A stretch of DNA of 64,000 nucleotides, taken from NCBI GenBank assembly GCA_964016885.1, contig OZ024741.1, positions 69,626,001 to 69,690,000 on the forward strand, written 5' to 3'. The notes below the pieces were generated by a model, which saw nothing but the letters and a program-made list of their open reading frames with translations, was not told where the DNA came from and ran no database searches. A program made the position numbers and the translations under genes. Below are positions 52,401-64,000 of the stretch, in pieces (within the stretch, counting starts at the first letter, position 1; each line of letters begins with the position of its first letter). Source of the stretch: Eledone cirrhosa. Its lineage: Eukaryota.

Positions 52401-55400
52401 ACAGTAAGAACTAGGTGTATTTTATTGTGATACCAGCAATGTCACTTTACAGTAAGAACTAGGTGTATTTTATTGTGATACCAGCACTGTCACTTTACAG
52501 TAAGAACTAGGTGTATTTTATTGTGATACCAGCACTGTCACTTTACAGTAAGAACTAGGTGTATTTTATTGTGATACCAGCACTGTCACTATACAGTAAG
52601 AACTAGGTGTATTTTATTGTGATACCAGCACTGTCACTTTACAGTAAGAACTAGGTGTATTTTATTGTGATACCAGCACTGTCACTTTACAGTAAGAACT
52701 AGGTGTATTTTATTGTGATACCAGCACTGTCACTTTACAGTAAGAACTAGGTGTATTTTATTGTGATACCAGCACTGCCACTTTAGTGTAAGAACTAGGT
52801 GTATTTTATTGTGATACCAGCACTGTCACTTTACAGTAAGAACTAGGTGTATTTTATTGTGATACCAGCACTGCCACTTTACAGTAAGAACTAGGTGTAT
52901 TTTATTGTGACACCAGCACTGTCACTTTACAGTAAGAACTAGGTGTATTTTATTGTGATACCAGCACTGTCACTTTACAGTAAGAACTAGGTGTATTTTA
53001 TTGTGACACCAGCACTGTCACTTTACAGTAAGAACTGGGTGTATTTTATCATGACACCAGCACTGTCACTTGACAGTAAGAACTGGGTGTATTTAATCAT
53101 GACACCAGCACTGTCACTTTACAGTAAGAACTGGGTGTATCTTATCATGACACCAGCACTGCCACTTTACAGTAAGAACTAGGTGTATTTTATTGTGACA
53201 CCAGCTCTGCCACTTTACAGTAAGAACTAGGTGTATTTTATTGTGACACCAGCACTGCCACTTTACAGTAAGAACTGGGTGTATTTTATTGTGACACCAG
53301 CACTGTCACTTTACAGTAAGAACTAGGTGTATCTTATCATGACACCAGCACTGTCACTTTACAGTAAGAACTGGGTGTATCTTATCATGACACCAGCACT
53401 GCCACTTTACAGTAAGAACTAGGTGTATTTTATCATGACACCAGCACTGTCACTTTACAGTAAGAACTAGGTGTATTTTATCATGACACCAGCACCATCA
53501 CTTTACAGTAAGAACTGGGTGTATTTTATCATGACACCAGCACTGTCACTTTACAGTAAGAACTAGGTGTATTTTATCATGACACCAGCACCATCACTTT
53601 ACAGTAAGAACTGGGTGTATTTTATCATGACACCAGCACTGTCACTTTACAGTAAGAACTGGATGTATTTTATCATGACACCAGCACTGTCACTTTACAG
53701 TAAGAACTGGGTGTATCTTATCATGACACCAGCACTGTCACTTTACAGTAAGAACTAGGTGTATTTTATCATGACACCAGCACCATCACTTTACAGTAAG
53801 AACTGGATGTATTTTATCATGACACCAGCACTGTCACTTTACAGTAAGAACTAGGTGTATTTTATCATGACACCAGCACTGTCACTTTACAGTAAGAACT
53901 GGGTGTATCTTATCATGACACCAGCACTGTCACTTTACAGTAAGAACTAGGTATATTTTATCATGACACCAGCACTGTCACTTTACAGTAAGAACTAGGT
54001 ATATTTTATCATGACACCAGCACTGTCACTTTACAGTAAGAACTAGGTGTATTTTATCATGACACCAGCACTGCCACTTTACAGTAAGAACGAGGTGTAT
54101 CTTATCATGACACCAGCACTGTCACTTTACAGTAAGAACTAGGTGTATTTTATTGTGACACCAGCACTGTCACTTTACAGTAAGAACTGGGTGTATCTTA
54201 TCATGACACCAGCACTGCCACTTTACAGTAAGAACTGGGTGTATCTTATCATGATACCAGCACTGTCACTTTACAGTAAGAACTGGGTGTATCTTATCAT
54301 GACACCAGCACTGCCACTTTACAGTAAGAACTAGGTGTATTTTATCATGACACCAGCACTGTCACTTTACAATAAGAACTAGGTGTATTTTATTGTGACA
54401 CCAGCACTGTCACTTTACAGTAAGAACTGGGTGTATCTTATCATGACACCAGCACTGTCACTTTACAGTAAGAACTGGGTGTATTTTATCATGACACCAG
54501 CACTGTCACTTTACAGTAAGAACTGGGTGTATTTTATCATGACACCAGCACTGTCACTGTACAGTAAGAACTGGGTGTATTTTATCATGACACCAGCACT
54601 GCCACTTTACAGTAAGAACTAGGTGTATTTTATTGTGATACCAGCACTGTCACTTTACAGTAAGAACTAGGTGTATTTTATTGTGATACCAGCACTGTCA
54701 CTTTACAGTAAGAACTAGGTATATTTTATCATGACACCAGCACTGTCACTGTACAGTAAGAACTGGGTGTATTTTATCATGACACCAGCACTGCCACTTT
54801 ACAGTAAGAACTAGGTGTATTTTATTGTGATACCAGCACTGTCACTTTACAGTAAGAACTAGGTGTATTTTATTGTGATACCAGCACTGCCACTTTACAG
54901 TAAGAACTAGGTGTATTTTATTGTGATACCAGCACTGTCACTTTACAGTAAGAACTAGGTGTATGTTATTGTGATACCAGCACTGTCACTTTACAGTAAG
55001 AACGAGGTGTATTTTATTGTGATACCAGCACTGTCACTTTACAGTAAGAACTAGGTGTATTTTATTGTGATACCAGCACTGTCACTTTACAGTAAGAACT
55101 AGGTGTATTTTATTGTGATACCAGCACTGTCACGTTACAGTAAGAACTAGGTGTATTTTATTGTGATACCAGCACTGTCACTTTACAGTAAGAACTGGGT
55201 GTATTTTATCATGACACCAGCACTGCCACTTTACAGTAAGAACTGGGTGTATCTTATCATGACACCAGCACTGCCACTTTACAGTAAGAACTAGGTGTAT
55301 TTTATCATGACACCAGCACTATCACTTTACAGTAAGAACTGGGTGTATTTTATCATGACACCAGCACTATCACTTTACAGTAAGAACTGGGTGTATTTAA

Positions 55401-58400
55401 TCATGACACCAGCACTGTCACTTTACAGTAAGAACTGGGTGTATCTTATCATGACACCAGCACTGCCACTTTACAGTAAGAACTAGGTGTATTTTATTGT
55501 GACACCAGCACTGCCACTTTACAGTAAGAACTAGGTGTATTTTATTGTGACACCAGCACTGCCACTTTACAGTAAGAACTGGGTGTATTTTATTGTGACA
55601 CCAGCACTGTCACTTTACAGTAAGAACTAGGTGTATCTTATCATGACACCAGCACTGTCACTTTACACTAAGAACTGGGTGTATCTTATCATGACACCAG
55701 CACTGCCACTTTACAGTAAGAACTAGGTGTATTTTATCATGACACCAGCACTGTCACTTTGCAGTAAGAAGTAGGTGTATTTTATCATGACACCAGCACC
55801 ATCACTTTACAGTAAGAACTGGGTGTATTTTATCATGACACCAGCACTGTCACTTTACAGTAAGAACTAGGTGTATTTTATCATGACACCAGCACCATCA
55901 CTTTACAGTAAGAACTGGGTGTATTTTATCATGACACCGGCACTGTCACTTTACAGTAAGAACTGGATGTATTTTATCATGACACCAGCACTGTCACTTT
56001 ACAGTAAGAACTGGGTGTATCTTATCATGACACCAGCACTGTCACTTTACAGTAAGAACTAGGTGTATTATATCATGACACCAGCACTGTCACTTTATAG
56101 TAAGAACTGGGTGTATCTTATCATGACACCAGCACTGTCACTTTACAGTAAGAACTAGGTATATTTTATCATGACACCAGCACTGTCACTTTACAGTAAG
56201 AACTAGGTATATTTTATCATGACACCAGCACTGTCACTTTACAGTAAGAACTAGGTGTATTTTATCATGACACCAGCACTGCCACTTTACAGTAAGAACG
56301 AGGTGTATCTTATCATGCCACCAGCACTGTCACTTTACAGTAAGAACTAGGTGTATTTTATTGTGACACCAGCACTGTCACTTTACAGTAAGAACTGGGT
56401 GTATCTTATCATGACACCAGCACTGCCACTTTACAGTAAGAACTGGGTGTATCTTATCATGATACCAGCACTGTCACTTTACAGTAAGAACTAGGTGTAT
56501 CTTATCATGACACCAGCACTGTCACTTTACAGTAAGAACTGGGTGTATTTTATCATGACACCAGCACTGTCACTTTACAGTAAGAACTGGGTGTATCTTA
56601 TCATGACACCAGCACTGCCACTTTACAGTAAGAACTAGGTGTATTTTATCATGACACCAGCACTGTCACTTTACAATAAGAACTAGGTGTATTTTATTGT
56701 GACACCAGCACTGTCACTTTACAGTAAGAACTGGGTGTATCTTATCATGACACCAGCACTGTCACTTTACAGTAAGAACTGGGTGTATTTTATCATGACA
56801 CCAGCACTGTCACTTTACAGTAAGAACTGGGTGTATCTTATCATGACACCAGCACTGTCACTTTACAGTAAGAACTAGGTGTATTTTATTGTGATACCAG
56901 CACTGTCACATTACAGTAAGAACTAGGTGTATTTTATTGTGATACCAGCACTGTCACTTTACAGTAAGAACTAGGTGTATTTTATCATGACACCAGCACT
57001 GTCACTTTACAGTAAGAACTGGGTGTATTTTATCATGACACCAGCACTGCCACTTTACAGTAAGAACTAGGTGTATTTTATTGTGATACCAGCACTGTCA
57101 CTTTACAGTAAGAACTGGGTGTATCTTATCATGACACCAGCACTGTCACTTTACAGTAAGACTAGGTGTATTTTATCATGACACCAGCACTGTCACTTTA
57201 CAGTAAGAACTGGGTGTATTTTATCATGACACCAGCACTGCCACTTTACAGTAAGAACTAGGTGTATTTTATCATGACACCAGCACTGTCACTTTACAGT
57301 AAGAACTGGGTGTATTTTATCATGACACCAGCACTGCCACTTTACAGTAAGAACTAGGTGTATTTTATTGTGATACCAGCACTGTCACTTTACAGTAAGA
57401 ACTAGGTGTATTTTATTATGATACCAGCACTGTCACTTTACAGTAAGAACTAGGTGTATTTTATTGTGATACCAGCACTGCCACTTTACAGTAAGAACTA
57501 GGTGTATTTTATTGTGATACCAGCACTGTCACTTTACAGTAAGAACTAGGTGTATTTTATTGTGATACCAGCACTGTCACTTTACAGTAAGAACTAGGTG
57601 TATGTTATTGTGATACCAGCACTGTCACTTTACAGTAAGAACTAGGTGTATTTTATTGTGATACCAGCACTGTCACTTTACAGTAAGAACTAGGTGTATG
57701 TTATTGTGATACCAGCACTGTCACTTTACAGTAAGAACTAGGTGTATGTTATTGTGATACCAGCACTGTCACTTTACAGTAAGAACTAGGTGTATTTTAT
57801 TGTGATACCAGCACTGTCACTTTACAGTAAGAACTAGGTGTATTTTATTGTGATACCAGCACTGCCACTTTACAGTAAGAAGTAGGTGTATTTTATTGTG
57901 ATACCAGCACTGCCACTTTAGTGTAAGAACTAGGTGTATTTTATTGTGATACCAGCACTGTCACTTTACAGTAAGAACTAGGTGTATTTTATTGTGATAC
58001 CAGCACTGTCACTTTACAATAAGAACTAGGTGTATTTTATTGTGATACCAGCACTGTCACTTTACAGTAAGAACTAGGTGTATCTTCTTGTGATACCAGC
58101 ACTGTCACTTTACAGTAAGAACTAGGTGTATTTTATTGTGATACCAGCACTGCCACTTTACAGTAAGAACTAGGTGTATTTTATTGTGACACCAGCACTG
58201 TCACTTTACAGTAAGAACTAGGTGTATTTTATTGTGATACCAGCACTGTCACTTTACAGTAAGAACTAGGTGTATTTTATTGTGACACCAGCACTGTCAC
58301 TTTACAGTAAGAACTGGGTGTATTTTATCATGACACCAGCACTGTCACTTGACAGTAAGAACTGGGTGTATTTTATCATGACACCAGCACTGTCACTTTA

Positions 58401-61400
58401 GAGTAAGAACTGGGTGTATTTTATCATGACACCAGCACTGTCACTTTACAGTAAGAACTGGGTGTATCTTATCATGACACCAGCACTGTCACTTTACAGT
58501 AAGAACTCGGTGTATTTTATCATGACACCAGCACTGTCACTTTACAGTAAGAACTGGGTGTATCTTATCATGACACCAGCACTGCCACTTTACAGTAAGA
58601 ACTAGGTGTATTTTATCATGACACCAGCACTGTCACTTTACAGTAAGAACTAGGTGTATTTTATCATGACACCAGCACTGTCACTTTACAGTAAGAACTA
58701 GGTGTATTTTATCATGACACCAGCACCATCACTTTACAGTAAGAACTGGGTGTATTTTATCATGACACCAGCACTGTCACTTTACAGTAAGAACTGGATG
58801 TATTTTATCATGACACCAGCACTGTCACTTTACAGTAAGAACTGGGTGTATCTTATCATGACACCAGCACTGTCACTTTACAGTAAGAAATAGGTGTATT
58901 ATATCATGACACCAGCACCATCACTTTACAGTAAGAACTGGATGTATTTTATCATGACACCAGCACTGTCACTTTACAGTAAGAACTAGGTGTATTTTAT
59001 CATGACACCAGCACTGTCACTTTACAGTAAGAACTGGGTGTATCTTATCATGACACCAGCACTGTCACTTTACAGTAAGAACTAGGTATATTTTATCATG
59101 ACACCAGCACTGTCACTTTACAGTAAGAACTAGGTATATTTTATCATGACACCAGCACTGTCACTTTACAGTAAGAACTAGGTGTATTTTATCATGACAC
59201 CAGCACTGCCACTTTACAGTAAGAACGAGGTGTATCTCATCATGACACCAGCACTGCCACTTTACAGTAAGAACTGGGTGTATCTTATCATGATACCAAC
59301 ACTGTCACTTTACAGTAAGAACTAGGTGTATCTTATCATGACACCAGCACTGTCACTTTACAGTAAGAACTGGGTGTATTTTATCATGACACCAGCACTC
59401 TCACTTTACAGTAAGAACTGGGTGTATCTTATCATGACACCAGCACTGCCACTTTACAGTAAGAACTAGGTGTATTTTATCATGACACCAGCACTGTCAC
59501 TTTACAATAAGAACTAGGTGTATTTTATTGTGACACCAGCACTGTCACTTTACAGTAAGAACTGGGTGTATCTTATCATGACACCAGCACTGTCACTTTA
59601 CAGTAAGAACTGGGTGTATTTTATCATGACACCAGCACTGTCACTTTACAGTAAGAACTGGGTGTATCTTATCATGACACCAGCACTGTCACTTTACAGT
59701 AAGAACTAGGTGTATTTTATTGTGATACCAGCACTGTCACTTTACAGTAAGAACTAGGTGTATTTTATTGTGATACCAGCACTGTCACTTTACAGTAAGA
59801 ACTAGGTGTATTTTATCATGACACCAGCACTGTCACTTTACAGTAAGAACTGGGTGTATTTTATCATGACACCAGCACTGCCACTTTACAGTAAGAACTA
59901 GGTGTATTTTATTGTGATACCAGCACTGTCACTTTACAGTAAGAACTAGGTGTATTTTATTGTGATACCAGCACTGTCACTTTACAGTAAGAACTAGGTG
60001 TATTTTATTGTGATACCAGCACTGTCACTTTACAGTAAGAACTAGGTGTATTTTATTGTGATACCAGCACTGTCACTTTACAGTAAGAACTAGGTGTATT
60101 TTATTGTGATACCAGCACTGTCACTTTACAGTAAGAACTAGGTGTATTTTATTGTGATACCAGCACTGTCACTTTACAGTAAGAACTAGGTGTATTTTAT
60201 TGTGATACCAGCACTGCCACTTTAGTGTAAGAACTAGGTGTATTTTATTGTGATACCAGCACTGTCACTTTACAGTAAGAACTAGGTGTATTTTATTGTG
60301 ATACCAGCACTGCCACTTTACAGTAAGAACTAGGTGTATTTTATTGTGACACCAGCACTGTCACTTTACAGTAAGAACTAGGTGTATTTTATTGTGATAC
60401 CAGCACTGTCACTTTACAGTAAGAACTAGGTGTATTTTATTGTGACACCAGCACTGTCACTTTACAGTAAGAACTGGGTGTATTTTATCATGACACCAGC
60501 ACTGTCACTTGACAGTAAGAACTGGGTGTATTTAATCATGACACCAGCACTGTCACTTTACAGTAAGAACTGGGTGTATCTTATCATGACACCAGCACTG
60601 CCACTTTACAGTAAGAACTAGGTGTATTTTATTGTGACACCAGCTCTGCCACTTTACAGTAAGAACTAGGTGTATTTTATTGTGACACCAGCACTGCCAC
60701 TTTACAGTAAGAACTGGGTGTATTTTATTGTGACACCAGCACTGTCACTTTACAGTAAGAACTAGGTGTATCTTATCATGACACCAGCACTGTCACTTTA
60801 CAGTAAGAACTGGGTGTATCTTATCATGACACCAGCACTGCCACTTTACAGTAAGAACTAGGTGTATTTTATCATGACACCAGCACTGTCACTTTACAGT
60901 AAGAACTAGGTGTATTTTATCATGACACCAGCACCACTTTACAGTAAGAACTGGCTGTATTTTATCATGACACCAGCACTGTCACTTTACAGTAAGAACT
61001 AGGTGTATTTTATCATGACACCAGCACCATCACTTTACAGTAAGAACTGGGTGTATTTTATCATGACACCAGCACTGTCACTTTACAGTAAGAACTGGAT
61101 GTATTTTATCATGACACCAGCACTGTCACTTTACAGTAAGAACTGGGTGTATCTTATCATGACACCAGCACTGTCACTTTACAGTAAGAACTAGGTGTAT
61201 TTTATCATGACACCAGCACCATCACTTTACAGTAAGAACTGGATGTATTTTATCATGACACCAGCACTGTCACTTTACAATAAGAACTAGGTGTATTTTA
61301 TCATGACACCAGCACTGTCACTTTACAGTAAGAACTGGGTGTATCTTATCATGACACCAGCACTGTCACTTTACAGTAAGAACTAGGTATATTTTATCAT

Positions 61401-64000
61401 GACACCAGCACTGTCACTTTACAGTAAGAACTAGGTATATTTTATCATGACACCAGCACTGTCACTTTACAGTAAGAACTAGGTGTATTTTATCATGACA
61501 CCAGCACTGCCACTTTACAGTAAGAACGAGGTGTATCTTATCATGACACCAGCACTGTCACTTTACAGTAAGAACTAGGTGTATTTTATTGTGACACCAG
61601 CACTGTCACTTTACAGTAAGAACTGGGTGTATCTTATCATGACACCAGCACTGCCACTTTACAGTAAGAACTGGGTGTATCTTATCATGATACCAGCACT
61701 GTCACTTTACAGTAAGAACTGGGTGTATCTTATCATGACACCAGCACTGCCACTTTACAGTAAGAACTAGGTGTATTTTATCATGACACCAGCACTGTCA
61801 CTTTACAATAAGAACTAGGTGTATTTTATTGTGACACCAGCACTGTCACTTTACAGTAAGAACTGGGTGTATCTTATCATGACACCAGCACTGTCACTTT
61901 ACAGTAAGAACTGGGTGTATTTTATCATGACACCAGCACTGTCACTTTACAGTAAGAACTGGGTGTATTTTATCATGACACCAGCACTGTCACTGTACAG
62001 TAAGAACTGGGTGTATTTTATCATGACACCAGCACTGCCACTTTACAGTAAGAACTAGGTGTATTTTATTGTGATACCAGCACTGTCACTTTACAGTAAG
62101 AACTAGGTGTATTTTATTGTGATACCAGCACTGTCACTTTACAGTAAGAACTAGGTATATTTTATCATGACACCAGCACTGTCACTGTACAGTAAGAACT
62201 GGGTGTATTTTATCATGACACCAGCACTGCCACTTTACAGTAAGAACTAGGTGTATTTTATTGTGATACCAGCACTGTCACTTTACAGTAAGAACTAGGT
62301 GTATTTTATTGTGATACCAGCACTGCCACTTTACAGTAAGAACTAGGTGTATTTTATTGTGATACCAGCACTGTCACTTTACAGTAAGAACTAGGTGTAT
62401 GTTATTGTGATACCAGCACTGTCACTTTACAGTAAGAACGAGGTGTATTTTATTGTGATACCAGCACTGTCACTTTACAGTAAGAACTAGGTGTATTTTA
62501 TTGTGATACCAGCACTGTCACTTTACAGTAAGAACTAGGTGTATTTTATTGTGATACCAGCACTGTCACTTTACAGTAAGAACTGGGTGTATTTTATCAT
62601 GACACCAGCACTGCCACTTTACAGTAAGAACTGGGTGTATCTTATCATGACACCAGCACTGTCACTTTACAGTAAGAACTGGATGTATCTTATCATGACA
62701 CCAGCACTGCCACTTTACAGTAAGAACTGGATGTATTTTATCATGACACCAGCACAATCACTTTAGAGTAAGAACTAGGTGTATTTTATCATGACACCAG
62801 CACTGCCACTTTACAGTAAGAACTAGGTGTATTTTATCATGACACCAGCACTGTCACTTTACAGTAAGAACTGGGTGTATCTTATCATGACACCAGCACT
62901 GCCACTTTACAGTAAGAACTGGGTGTATCTTATCATGACACCAGCACTGCCACTTTACAGTAAGAACTAGGTATATTTTATCATGACACCAGCACTGTCA
63001 CTTTACAGTAAGAACTAGGTATATTTTATCATGACACCAGCACTGTCACTTTACAGTAAGAACTAGGTGTATTTTATCATGACACCAGCACTGCCACTTT
63101 ACAGTAAGAACGAGGTGTATCTTATCATGACACCAGCACTGCCACTTTACAGTAAGAACTGGGTGTATCTTATCATGATACCAGCACTGTCACTTTACAG
63201 TAAGAACTGGGTGTATCTTATCATGACACCAGCACTGCCACTTTACAGTAAGAACTAGGTGTATTTTATCATGACACCAGCACTGTCACTTTACAATAAG
63301 AACTAGGTGTATTTTATTGTGACACCAGCACTGTCACTTTACAGTAAGAACTGGGTGTATCTTATCATGACACCAGCACTGTCACTTTACAGTAAGAACT
63401 GGGTGTATTTTATCATGACACCAGCACTGTCACTTTACAGTAAGAACTGGGTGTATCTTATCATGACACCAGCACTGTCACTTTACAGTAAGAACTAGGT
63501 GTATTTTATTGTGATACCAGCACTGTCACTTTACAGTAAGAACTAGGTGTATTTTATTGTGATACCAGCACTGTCACTTTACAGTAAGAACTAGGTGTAT
63601 TTTATCATGACACCAGCACTGTCACTTTACAGTAAGAACTGGGTGTATTTTATCATGACACCAGCACTGCCACTTTACAGTAAGAACTAGGTGTATTTTA
63701 TTGTGATACCAGCACTGTCACTTTACAGTAAGAACTAGGTGTATTTTATTGTGATACCAGCACTGTCACTTTACAGTAAGAACTAGGTGTATTTTATTGT
63801 GATACCAGCACTGCCACTTTACAGTAAGAACTAGGTGTATTTTATTGTGATACCAGCACTGTCACTTTACAGTAAGAACTAGGTGTATTTTATTGTGATA
63901 CCAGCACTGTCACTTTACAGTAAGAACTAGGTGTATTTTATTGTGATACCAGCACTGTCACTTTACAGTAAGAACTAGGTGTATTTTATTGTGATACCAG
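37430..64000. repeat. 48-bp tandem satellite, about 550 units, open at the window end, with higher-order repeats
   Basis: Consensus GTGTATYTTATYRTGAYACCAGCACTGYCACTTTACAGTAAGAACTRG. Confidence 0.99.

Noticed and set aside
37431-63498. The many 63-98 aa ORFs as protein-coding genes
   Set aside because: Artefacts of a 48-bp unit with a polymorphic stop; most begin at GTG
37430-64000. CRISPR array
   Set aside because: No unique spacers and no cas genes; contiguous near-identical monomers in a eukaryotic context
37500-64000. Poly-selenocysteine reading of the frame with one TGA per monomer
   Set aside because: No SECIS or start context seen; TGA conservation simply reflects monomer homogeneity

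Overview
AT-rich eukaryotic, transposon-dense DNA, most likely from an octopus or other coleoid cephalopod (inferred from the RTE/SINE landscape). No intact host gene is supported. Positions 1-37.3 kb are nested element fragments: several Penelope-like elements of the Naiad type (RT and GIY-YIG pieces, inverted pLTRs, inserted in (TA)n), a hATm-like transposase, Helitrons, CRE-, Tx1- and RTE-type LINEs, tRNA-derived SINEs and MITEs. Positions 37.4-64 kb are a 48-bp satellite of about 550 units that runs off the window end and has higher-order repeats. Two main observations. (1) Reading by hand finds four distinct type I hammerhead ribozyme families plus one half motif. One family has a non-canonical CAGAAGA core in all four complete copies, one has a stem II of about 115 nt, and one has an upstream strand that could sequester its cleavage site. 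(2) The satellite grows out of the internal 46-48 bp tandem unit of an RTE-tail SINE, and intermediates with 1, 2 and about 6 units are visible in the same window. All folds and alignments were done by eye; no searches were run.
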